In this document: piece by piece, positions 1 through 7,380 of the stretch
Position numbering within the stretch: position 1 is the first letter of the stretch
Layout of the letters: every line of letters begins with the position of its first letter
The notes under the pieces: model-generated
The model's database searches: none
What the model saw: only the letters and a program-made list of their open reading frames with translations
What the model was told of the DNA's origin: nothing
Made by a program: the position numbers and the translations under genes
Origin: Sulfurimonadaceae bacterium
GTDB taxonomy: Bacteria > Campylobacterota > Campylobacteria > Campylobacterales > Sulfurimonadaceae
Direction of reading: 5' to 3'
DNA: 19,425 bases
NCBI GenBank assembly: GCA_041548245.1
Contig: JBFESZ010000035.1
Coordinates: forward strand, 1 to 19,425

Positions 1-2
1 CA

Positions 3-320
3 ATACTGGAATGGGTTAGACAGAACAAACGACACGCTTCTAAGATTATAGGAGCGAACTTTTTGTTAATGGCTTTAGTGCTTTTGTTCTGGTCTCAACC
101 AAAAGAGGGCATGAGTGAGAATGAAAAAGCAGCTGCGAATTTGGCCCGGATGGAAGCTCAGGTAAGCGGTAGCCCCGGAAAAAAAGCTTCTCAACCACCA
201 AGCTTTATGAAAGACTACAAGCAAAAACAAAAAGAGCAGTTGCAGGTTTTTCTTATCATTATGGTGATTGCAGGTATTGGGTTCTTGGGATATGGTTTTT
301 TCAAGAGAAATGAAGATTAA
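3..320 (+). CDS. Hypothetical membrane protein with two predicted TM helices, 5'-truncated by the window edge
   Basis: The frame of the 63..320 ORF is open back to position 3 (ILEWVRQNKRHASKIIGANFLLMALVLLFWS...), so the true start is probably upstream of the window. Two hydrophobic segments (IIGANFLLMALVLLFW; VFLIIMVIAGIGFLGYGFF) flank a polar linker. Stop TAA at 318-320. Confidence 0.6.
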   Translation: MLEWVRQNKRHASKIIGANFLLMALVLLFWSQPKEGMSENEKAAANLARMEAQVSGSPGKKASQPPSFMKDYKQKQKEQLQVFLIIMVIAGIGFLGYGFFKRNED

Positions 321-348
321 CAGGAGAGGCTGTCCTAATACTAAGGGC

Positions 349-924
349 CTAGAACCTCTCTTCTAGAAAGTTTTCAAAATCAGAGAGTATATCGTCAAAG
401 GATTTGAGCATAAGATGGCCGTCATCATAGCTCTTTACAAAAGCCTCATTGAAGTACACAGCAGAAGCTTCAGGATCTATAGTGGTGTCTTGCTGGCCTA
501 AGGCTACGAAACAGTTACGTGGTTTTTTCAAAGACTTTAAATTGCTCTCATAGGTCAAATACATGTTGGCTGCATTTAAAATAAGTTTTTTCTTCTCGAG
601 ATCCTTTTCCTCTTCGAGCATTTTTTTTGCTGCTGTTGCTGGTTGAAAGACGGGATTGATAAGCAGGCAGTCTCTTTTGAATTTAGCGGCCAGATAAAAA
701 GCGTAAAACCCTCCCAGTGAAGCTCCAATGATGATGGTATCATTGGATGCGGTACGAAGCGTGTCTTCAGCAAGGGTCATACATTGCAAAGGGTCCATGG
801 GAAGGTCCGGGATTAAGAGTCTGTTCTCGGTACAGAGTTGGCGCAGACGTTGAGGTTTGTCTCCCTGTGAAGAGGAGTCATAGCCATGTAGATACAAAAT
901 AGATCGGTTGTTAAAACGCGCCAT
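349..924 (-). CDS. YqiA/YcfP (UPF0227) family alpha/beta-fold hydrolase/esterase
   Basis: ILYLHGYDSS oxyanion motif, GASLGG nucleophile elbow, LINP motif, candidate catalytic Asp (QQDTTID) and His (DDGH). SD AAAGAGG lies 6 nt before the ATG, which is 18 bp downstream of the prfB stop. Confidence 0.85.
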   Translation of the reverse strand: MARFNNRSILYLHGYDSSSQGDKPQRLRQLCTENRLLIPDLPMDPLQCMTLAEDTLRTASNDTIIIGASLGGFYAFYLAAKFKRDCLLINPVFQPATAAKKMLEEEKDLEKKKLILNAANMYLTYESNLKSLKKPRNCFVALGQQDTTIDPEASAVYFNEAFVKSYDDGHLMLKSFDDILSDFENFLEERF

Positions 925-942
925 AAAAAACCTCTTTGTTCG

Positions 943-2040
943 TTAATGTTTACTTTGCGAGATTAGTACACCCTCGATAAGTTTATCGATATCACCGTCT
1001 AAAATAGCATTAACATTAGAGAATGCTTCATTGGAACGGGTGTCTTTGACCTGTTGGTATGGCTGCATGACGTAGGAACGTATTTGGTGGCCCCAGCCGA
1101 TCTCAGATTTTTCAACACCATCTTTCTCGGCTTGCTGTTTTTCCATCTCAAGCTCATACAGACGAGATTTTAACATTTTCATAGCTGTCGCTTTGTTCTT
1201 ATGCTGACTTCTGTCGTTCTGACATTGTACAACAACTCCTGTTTCAATATGCGTGATACGAATAGCAGATTCGGTTTTATTGACATGCTGTCCACCGGCA
1301 CCACTCGCACGATAGGTGTCAATGCGAATGTCCTTGTCTTCAATCTCAATATCGATGTCATCGTCCAGTTCAGGAGAGACCATCACGGAGGTAAATGAGG
1401 TGTGGCGTTTGGCATTGGAGTCAAACGGCGAGATACGTACAAGACGATGAATGCCATTTTCTACTTTAAGGTAACCGTAGGCATTCTCCCCTTTAATAAG
1501 AAGGGAAGCATCTTTTATCCCTGCTTCTTCACCATTTTGATAATCCAGGATCTCTGTTTTGAACCCGTGACGTTCTGCCCATCTTGTGTACATTCTAAAG
1601 AGTATGTGTGCCCAGTCTTGTGATTCGGTACCACCGGCACCCGGATGAATGGAGAGGATGGCATTATTGGCATCATGCTCTCCGCTAAGCATCACTTCAA
1701 TCTCCATGCTGTTAACACTGTTTTTCAGTTCATCGGCTTCAGCAAAAAGGGTTTCGACGGTTTCGTCATCTTTTTCTTCTTTGGCCATTTCATAAAGATC
1801 TGCAGCATCTTCAAGTACGCCGGAAGCTTTTTTGAATTTTTCAAGTTTTCGCTCAAGCTGAGTCTTCTCTTTTTGAACCTGGGCTGCTTGGGCGGCATCA
1901 TTCCAGAAGTCCTGTTCGTTCTCCAAGACTTCGATCTCGCCAAGACGTGCTTCGATCTCCTCCGGTTTGACAATGTTACTGATGTTTTGCATCTTTGTAT
2001 TTAAGGTTTTTAGCAGTTCACCGTATTCGTAATGGTCCAT
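943..2040 (-). CDS. prfB: Peptide chain release factor 2
   Basis: [12 protein letters not shown]2-specific SPF anticodon-mimic (RISPF), catalytic GGQ (GAGGQHVN) and WGHQIRSYV. The ORF is continuous, with no internal frameshift. Confidence 0.98.
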   Translation of the reverse strand: MDHYEYGELLKTLNTKMQNISNIVKPEEIEARLGEIEVLENEQDFWNDAAQAAQVQKEKTQLERKLEKFKKASGVLEDAADLYEMAKEEKDDETVETLFAEADELKNSVNSMEIEVMLSGEHDANNAILSIHPGAGGTESQDWAHILFRMYTRWAERHGFKTEILDYQNGEEAGIKDASLLIKGENAYGYLKVENGIHRLVRISPFDSNAKRHTSFTSVMVSPELDDDIDIEIEDKDIRIDTYRASGAGGQHVNKTESAIRITHIETGVVVQCQNDRSQHKNKATAMKMLKSRLYELEMEKQQAEKDGVEKSEIGWGHQIRSYVMQPYQQVKDTRSNEAFSNVNAILDGDIDKLIEGVLISQSKH

Positions 2041-2060
2041 AAATGATTATCCGATTAAAT

Positions 2061-2084
2061 ATTATATAATTCGCTTATTATAAT
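2061..2084. promoter_or_regulatory. Divergent sigma70-type -10 boxes for prfB and panC
   Basis: In the 62-bp gap, ATTATATAAT (2061-2070) and ATTATAAT (2077-2084) are self-complementary, so each reads TATAAT on both strands. Confidence 0.55.
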
Positions 2085-2102
2085 GCAATAAGGCTTAAAA
2101 AG

Positions 2103-2948
2103 ATGAAGATAGTTCGTTCTCCTCAAGAACTCAAATCGATTTTAAAAGAAAAAGTGGGTTCTGTCGGTTTTCAAGGAAACCAAAGTGTCGGCTTTGTGCC
2201 GACAATGGGTGCATTGCATCGTGGCCATCTTAGTCTTATCGAAGCCTCGGTGAAAAACAATGATATCACTGTCGTATCAATTTTTGTCAATCCTACGCAG
2301 TTTTTAGAAGGTGAAGACCTGGACAAATATCCAAAGAAGTTTGATGCGGATGAGCGAATATGCACATTGGCAGGTGTGGATATACTTTTCTATCCCCAAG
2401 TCGAGGATATGTATGAAGAGGATGAAATCAAAATTGTCGCACCTAACGTACGTGGATATGTTTTGGAAGGACATGTGCGCCCGGGCCATTTTGACGGTGT
2501 ATTGACAGTTGTGATGAAGCTGCTGAACATTGTTTCGCCTACACGTGCCTATTTTGGAAAAAAAGATGCACAGCAACTGGCACTTATTACACAGATGGTC
2601 AAGAACTTCTTTATGGATGTAGAGATTGTTCCTCTTGAGACGGTGAGAGAAAACGATGGACTCGCGATGAGTTCACGAAATGTTTATCTTGATAATGAGG
2701 AAAGAGTTGAAGCGCTTAAGATATCAAGATCGCTTAAGAGTGCCACCAAGCTGGTTATGCAAAAGACTCTGGATGTAAAATCTATTAAGAAAGAGATGCA
2801 AGAAGTCTTGGACCCTTTGGATGTGGAGTACATTTCTATCGTATCACGCTCATTTGTTCCTCTGGAAGAGGTAGAGATCGGCAACACCATTATTTTGGTC
2901 GCAGCACGGCTTGGCAGTACACGTCTGATCGACAACCTTTGGATCTAG
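2103..2948 (+). CDS. panC: Pantoate--beta-alanine ligase (pantothenate synthetase)
   Basis: [13 protein letters not shown] (HIGH-like), [34 protein letters not shown] and C-terminal RLIDN motifs. Confidence 0.98.
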   Translation: MKIVRSPQELKSILKEKVGSVGFQGNQSVGFVPTMGALHRGHLSLIEASVKNNDITVVSIFVNPTQFLEGEDLDKYPKKFDADERICTLAGVDILFYPQVEDMYEEDEIKIVAPNVRGYVLEGHVRPGHFDGVLTVVMKLLNIVSPTRAYFGKKDAQQLALITQMVKNFFMDVEIVPLETVRENDGLAMSSRNVYLDNEERVEALKISRSLKSATKLVMQKTLDVKSIKKEMQEVLDPLDVEYISIVSRSFVPLEEVEIGNTIILVAARLGSTRLIDNLWI

Positions 2949-4696
2949 AGTTTGGGCTTTAAATAGTCAAACTCTACAAGCAGGTCAACGATCTGTTTAT
3001 AAACAGGGACGGCGGTTAAGGAAGCAAAATGGTTTTTCTTGGGTTGGATAACGGTAACACCCATGGTATAGCGCTTCTGTTCATCATTGGCAAAGCCAAA
3101 AAATGAGGTGTTGTACTTGTTTACATATCTTCCTTTTTCGGCAATGTGTGCGGTGCCTGTTTTGCCACCAATTTCAAGACCCGGCGTGATCGTTCCTACT
3201 CCTGTTCCCTCATTGACTGTCTTGATCAGTATCTTTTTCATCCTCTCCGCGGTGACTTGAGAGATGACTTGCACCGACCCTTCGGGTATTTGGGATTGGA
3301 CATTGCCATGCATATCAATAAGGTTGTCAACGATATATGGTTTGAGAGTCCGCCCGCGGTTATTAAAGATGTTATAGGCTTTTAATATTTGCATCACATT
3401 GACATTAAGCCCATATCCGTAAGAAGCTGTCGCCTTATATATCTCATTTTTTAGCTGGTTGATAGCCGGTACACTTCCCTGTTTTTCGTAGGGAAGGCGT
3501 AGCCCGCTTACTTGGCCGAATCCAAAATCAATAAGACCCTGATAATATTCTAAGGCAGGAAGTTTCTGTGCAAGCTGGGCGATACCTACATTTGATGAAT
3601 GGACAATGACATTTTCAGCACTCAACCAGTCAAATTTATGTTCATCCACGATGGTTTTACGCCCAATTTTCATCCTTCCGTTATGACCGTTTACCAGGTC
3701 ATAAGGATTGACCAGCTTATGCTCCAACAGAAGAGAGAAGATAATAGGCTTGAGGACAGAACCCGGCTCAAAGCTATATTCAATGGCATTGCTGTTTAAT
3801 GAAGGATAGTCAGAACGTTTGATATTGTCCGGTTGATAACGATTTGAACTGGCTAGTGAGAGAATTTTACCTGTTGATGACTCCATGATAACGGCCATAA
3901 TCTCGTCTGCATCGAGTTTTTCTTTCATGGTCGTCAGGACTTTTTCAACCCGTTTTTGTAAGGTCACGGGAATACTAAGCTGTACATTCAGGCCATTAAC
4001 ATCAGGCTTTGTATAGCTCTTTTTATTCAAAATCATATAGCTGTTGACGTCGCGTGGACCAAACTGTTTGCCATCTTGCTGGGCATTAAGTTGTTCATCA
4101 AAACTTTTTTCTATCCCTTTAACACCACGGGCACGGGTATAACTGTCATCCTCTACCTTATGGGTATATCCGACTATAGGTGTTAGAAGGTCCTGGTAAG
4201 GATAGCGTCTTTTTTCACCACTTGGCAAGATACTTAGGCCATGCAGGACATGAAGACCATTAGGACGGACATATTCGACGAAGATTTTCATACGTCGTAG
4301 TTTGTAAGCAAGAGATTTTAGGTATTGTGCGTCTTGCGGGTTAATATGATAAGAGAGTACAACGCTTCCCTGTCGGGACTCAAGCCGTTTTTTGATCTCT
4401 TGCTCACGGATACCGCTATAAATAGAAAATAGTTTGATAAAAAGCTCTTTTTTTTCAGGGTCTATATTTCTGGTGTTGACAACGGCTTTATAGAGTTGTT
4501 GGGTTGTGGCGATATGAAAGCCATCGGCACTAATGATCTCCCCGCGTTCAGCCCGTGTCTCATCCGAGGTAAACAAAGAAGGGATATGGCGTTCATGTAC
4601 GACGGTATAGAATTGAGAGCTTAAAAAAAGAATAAAGCCGACAATGAGAAAGAGAAAGAGTACGAGTATTTTTTTTGATTTGTTTCGGTTTGTCAT
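2945..4696 (-). CDS. ftsI: Class B penicillin-binding protein (FtsI/PBP3-type transpeptidase)
   Basis: N-terminal TM anchor; pedestal motifs [13 protein letters not shown] and GIEKSFD; active-site motifs SxxK (EPGSVLK), SxN (HSSN) and KTG (GGKTGTA). Its position next to fliE-flgC-flgB-ftsW matches H. pylori ftsI / C. jejuni pbpB. Confidence 0.88.
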   Translation of the reverse strand: MTNRNKSKKILVLFLFLIVGFILFLSSQFYTVVHERHIPSLFTSDETRAERGEIISADGFHIATTQQLYKAVVNTRNIDPEKKELFIKLFSIYSGIREQEIKKRLESRQGSVVLSYHINPQDAQYLKSLAYKLRRMKIFVEYVRPNGLHVLHGLSILPSGEKRRYPYQDLLTPIVGYTHKVEDDSYTRARGVKGIEKSFDEQLNAQQDGKQFGPRDVNSYMILNKKSYTKPDVNGLNVQLSIPVTLQKRVEKVLTTMKEKLDADEIMAVIMESSTGKILSLASSNRYQPDNIKRSDYPSLNSNAIEYSFEPGSVLKPIIFSLLLEHKLVNPYDLVNGHNGRMKIGRKTIVDEHKFDWLSAENVIVHSSNVGIAQLAQKLPALEYYQGLIDFGFGQVSGLRLPYEKQGSVPAINQLKNEIYKATASYGYGLNVNVMQILKAYNIFNNRGRTLKPYIVDNLIDMHGNVQSQIPEGSVQVISQVTAERMKKILIKTVNEGTGVGTITPGLEIGGKTGTAHIAEKGRYVNKYNTSFFGFANDEQKRYTMGVTVIQPKKNHFASLTAVPVYKQIVDLLVEFDYLKPKL

Positions 4697-4744
4697 AGGG
4701 TTATATTATTACTTTTTGTCATTGTATCGGAATAATATTTATAG

Positions 4745-4773
4745 TAGAATTTGTTGAGTTGAAAAGTTAAGGA
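4745..4773 (+). promoter_or_regulatory. Putative -10 box (TAGAAT) and SD (AAGGA) upstream of the small ORF and methyltransferase
   Basis: TAGAAT at 4745-4750; AAGGA at 4769-4773, 5 nt before the ATG at 4779. Confidence 0.5.
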
Positions 4774-4778
4774 AATTT

Positions 4779-4868
4779 ATGCATAAAATGTTGATTTTTA
4801 CGGTTGGCCTTTTAGTGTTTTTTAGCTACGAATCTGTGTATGTAAGCAATAATACACGTAGCTGCTAA
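4779..4868 (+). CDS. Putative 29-aa small protein or leader peptide (MHKMLIFTVGLLVFFSYESVYVSNNTRSC)
   Basis: Good SD and ATG at 4779. TAA at 4866-4868 directly abuts, in frame, the methyltransferase ATG at 4869. Basic N-terminus plus hydrophobic stretch. Too short for the ORF track. Confidence 0.45.
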   Translation: MHKMLIFTVGLLVFFSYESVYVSNNTRSC

Positions 4869-5825
4869 ATGATGAAAAATATTAAAAGATTTACTGATGC
4901 ACCAATGTTTGAGATTACACAATGGCTAAGGAGTGAACTTGCCGCAGGTGTAAAAAGCGTGGAGTTTGAGGTATTGAATCCGGATAGTTTTGAATCGACA
5001 TATGCTGGAAAATGTGTAGAGATAGCTGGGAAAACGTATATCTACAGAGGGTATAAGGCATGGACAGATTTGTCTGAACTTCTTTTCTGTCGTATGTTAA
5101 CGCCTAGAGTCATAGATGAAGAGAGCGTCGTCATTCGTTTTGAAAGACTTGATGTTGAAGACTCTTTTCATCTTGCTAAAGAGTATAAGAAAGAGGAAAA
5201 ATACGGGACCGATTCTATTTTTTTCGAGATCAACAAAAATGAAGAACCGGCTTTTATGGTTCCTTTCTATCATGCTTTAAAAAATGTGAGGATCCAAAAC
5301 AGACAACATGTCTTGGATCTAGGGGTTAACAGTGGGGATGAGTTCAGCCTTATTAAAAAGATGCTGTCTGAAGAGGAATTTCAAAAGATAGAATTTTTTG
5401 GGATTGACTACTCAGCATCTGCCATAGCGTTTGCGAAAAAGCGTTTTCCTGAGCAGAATGTCACCTTTATAGAACATGATATCAATAAGCTGGATGAACT
5501 TGATCTGAAAAAGTCTGATCTGATCATCAGTATAGGGACTTTTCAAAGCCCGGGTATTGATTTTAAGCCTTTCTTTATGTCACTGGTGCAAAACTATCTT
5601 AGTGAAGATGCTGCGATTATACTCGGATTTCCAAACTGCCGATGGATAGGTGGGGAGATGATCTACGGCGCAAAGGTTCCAAACTACTCTTTTTCAGAGA
5701 TGGGGATGCTTTATTCGGATGTTATGTTTTGCAAAAAGTATCTTCAACAGAAGAAGTTTAGGGTGACATTGACAGGAAAGGATTATGTGTTTTTGACGGC
5801 TACGAAGATAGGGGTTGCGAAATAA
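4869..5825 (+). CDS. Class I SAM-dependent methyltransferase with an N-terminal domain of unknown function
   Basis: Motif I-like VLDLGVNSGDE, acidic motif II FFGIDYSASAI, HDIN, and DLIISIGTF. About 145 aa precede the Rossmann domain. The start could be 4869 or 4872. Confidence 0.85.
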   Translation: MMKNIKRFTDAPMFEITQWLRSELAAGVKSVEFEVLNPDSFESTYAGKCVEIAGKTYIYRGYKAWTDLSELLFCRMLTPRVIDEESVVIRFERLDVEDSFHLAKEYKKEEKYGTDSIFFEINKNEEPAFMVPFYHALKNVRIQNRQHVLDLGVNSGDEFSLIKKMLSEEEFQKIEFFGIDYSASAIAFAKKRFPEQNVTFIEHDINKLDELDLKKSDLIISIGTFQSPGIDFKPFFMSLVQNYLSEDAAIILGFPNCRWIGGEMIYGAKVPNYSFSEMGMLYSDVMFCKKYLQQKKFRVTLTGKDYVFLTATKIGVAK

Positions 5826-5833
5826 CGTTAATG

Positions 5834-5856
5834 ACACAGATGGTTTACATCTGTGT
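5834..5856. terminator. Hairpin at the convergent methyltransferase/fliE junction (possible bidirectional terminator)
   Basis: ACACAGATG-GTTTA-CATCTGTGT is a perfect 9-bp inverted repeat whose loop contains the fliE stop. The U-tract is only short (TTCTT) on the + strand. Confidence 0.5.
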
Positions 5857-6144
5857 TCTTGTGATCTCTTTGTAAGCGTTAAGGGCTTTATTTCTTACTT
5901 CCAGCATAAGTTTCATACTGATTTCTGCCTTGTCGATGGCAAGTGCAGCTTGATGGAGATCCTTCACCTGACCGGTGGCAAGATCACTCATCGCTTTCTC
6001 TCCAGCTTGTTGCATCTCATTAACGTCATCCAGAGATTTTTTAAGGGCATCGGCAAAACCTGATCCGTCAATCTGATTCTTAGTATTACTTTTGCCTAAG
6101 AGGTCAGCAGTGGCAAGGCCGGAAACTTTATTTAAATCACTCAT
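5845..6144 (-). CDS. fliE: Flagellar hook-basal body complex protein FliE
   Basis: FADALKKSL...DLHQAALAIDKAEISMKLMLEVRNKALNAYKEITRTQM is the FliE C-terminus, and the gene follows flgC. I prefer the ATG at 6144; the alternative TTG is at 6150. Confidence 0.95.
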   Translation of the reverse strand: MSDLNKVSGLATADLLGKSNTKNQIDGSGFADALKKSLDDVNEMQQAGEKAMSDLATGQVKDLHQAALAIDKAEISMKLMLEVRNKALNAYKEITRTQM

Positions 6145-6208
6145 ACTCAAATTATACCTTATTTTTTACAGAAACTTTTTCACAAGACTAAAACAGTCTT
6201 ATCTCATT

Positions 6209-6706
6209 TTATGCTTGAAGAATACTCATCGCACTTTGTGCCATGGTTTTTACACTTTGAAATGCCGCAACATTTGCCTGATAGGAACGTGTTGCTTCGA
6301 TCAGGTCTGCCATTTCGATCACAGGATTGATATTGGGATAAGCCACATATCCTTCCGCATTGGCATCGGGATGAGAAGGCTCATATTTCATCATCGGCTC
6401 TTTGTCATCACGAACAATCTTGTCGACCAATACACTCATAATCGGCGGATTTACTTTTTTATTGAATTCACCTTCATCAAGTGGATCGGAATATCCTGTA
6501 TCACCGGTTTCTTCCATCAATTTGTCATTAAGCACTTTGTTGAAGTCGATCGCTTTGAAGACAACCTCACGGCGGCGGTATGGGCCACCCTCTTCAGTGC
6601 GTGTTGTCTGTGCATTGGCAATGTTGGAAGAGATCACATTGACACGTGCACGCTGTGCAGAAAGACCATATCCACTAATATCAAAACTGTTTAAAAATGC
6701 ACTCAT
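6209..6706 (-). CDS. flgC: Flagellar basal-body rod protein FlgC
   Basis: SGYGLSAQRARVNVISSNIANA, GGPYRR, YEPSHPDA, GYVAYPNINPVIEMADLIEATRSYQAN; SD AAGGA upstream. Confidence 0.98.
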   Translation of the reverse strand: MSAFLNSFDISGYGLSAQRARVNVISSNIANAQTTRTEEGGPYRRREVVFKAIDFNKVLNDKLMEETGDTGYSDPLDEGEFNKKVNPPIMSVLVDKIVRDDKEPMMKYEPSHPDANAEGYVAYPNINPVIEMADLIEATRSYQANVAAFQSVKTMAQSAMSILQA

Positions 6707-6722
6707 CAGATATCCTTATCTA

Positions 6723-7157
6723 CTATTGTGTTCGTTCAGAAGCCTGGATGACGGCTTTGAAAAGCATGGCTTCTTTTTTGACAGCTGATGTCAAGGCCTG
6801 AAACATCATCGAGTTTTTTGTCATCTCTGTTGTCTCGACATCAAGGTCAACGCTGTTACCGTCGTTGCGAGCCAAATGTCCATCACGGTAATAAAGTTGA
6901 GCCTGATCGCTCACTTCTTCCTGTGCCAAAGAAAAATGCGCTCCATTTGTCTTAGCGAGTTGAAGCGGCTTGACCTGCGGCTCATTAAAGATCTTTTTGG
7001 CTTCGGCCTGAAGTGTCTCTTCAAAACGAATGTCTCTAGGACGATAGAAAGGTGTATCCTCGTTGGCAATATTACCTGCGATAAGATCCTGTCTTGCAGC
7101 GCGGTAATCAAGGGCTTTAGACATCAAGTCATGTGCTCTACTGATTTGGATACCCAT
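6723..7157 (-). CDS. flgB: Flagellar basal-body rod protein FlgB
   Basis: RQDLIAGNIANEDTPFY and RNDGNSVDLDVE motifs; SD AAGGAG at 7163-7168 (minus strand). Confidence 0.97.
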   Translation of the reverse strand: MGIQISRAHDLMSKALDYRAARQDLIAGNIANEDTPFYRPRDIRFEETLQAEAKKIFNEPQVKPLQLAKTNGAHFSLAQEEVSDQAQLYYRDGHLARNDGNSVDLDVETTEMTKNSMMFQALTSAVKKEAMLFKAVIQASERTQ

Positions 7158-7186
7158 CTCTACTCCTTTAGATATGCTTTTTCATA

Positions 7187-7203
7187 AGCAAAATATGTGC
7201 CAA
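7187..7203 (-). promoter_or_regulatory. Sigma54 (RpoN) -24/-12 promoter of flgBC
   Basis: The minus strand reads TTGGCAC-ATATT-TTGCT, an exact match to TGGCAC-N5-TTGCW, about 30 bp upstream of the flgB ATG. flgB is RpoN-dependent in Campylobacter and Helicobacter. Confidence 0.92.
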
Positions 7204-7294
7204 TTTTGACATTTTTTTTCAGAAAAAAGTTTTTCTTTTTAGAGCTGACCTTTTTAAATAAAAGGATTGTTCCTATGATCAAATTTTTCTAAAG

Positions 7295-7331
7295 AAAGTT
7301 ACTTTGAAGAGGGACTCTTCAGAGTAACTTT
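7295..7331. repeat. 37-bp near-perfect inverted repeat in the flgB/ftsW divergent intergenic region
   Basis: AAAGTTACTTTGAAGAG-GGA-CTCTTCAGAGTAACTTT: 17-bp arms with one T.G mismatch and a 3-nt centre. Confidence 0.85.
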
Positions 7332-7344
7332 TGGCATTCATCGT

Positions 7345-7350
7345 TAAAAT
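7345..7350 (+). promoter_or_regulatory. Putative sigma70 -10 box for ftsW-murG-dedA
   Basis: gtTAAAAT fits the Campylobacterota gnTAnaAT pattern, 30 bp upstream of the ftsW ATG. Confidence 0.5.
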
Positions 7351-7380
7351 ATCATCCAATTATACAACAGAAAGAAGAGA

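Noticed and set aside
943..2040. prfB lacks the CTT-TGA-C programmed +1 frameshift
   Set aside because: True in the sequence, but frameshift-free prfB is already known in Helicobacter and Campylobacter, so it is not novel.
4448..4676. T8 homopolymers in ftsI (also at 621-628) as phase-variation tracts
   Set aside because: These are Lys-codon A-runs in an AT-rich genome with frames intact. No G/C run of 8 or more was seen in the window.
4717..5836. 7-bp inverted repeat TGTCATT...AATGACA flanking the methyltransferase, as IS/MITE ends
   Set aside because: Too short, with no target-site duplication and no transposase.
6092..6694. 200-aa + strand ORF antisense to flgC/fliE, and the other short ORFs nested in or antisense to core genes
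   Set aside because: They overlap well-supported conserved genes and show no recognisable motifs, so they are best treated as shadow ORFs.
7331..7347. TTGGCA upstream of ftsW as a second sigma54 promoter
   Set aside because: There is no GC dinucleotide at the -12 position.
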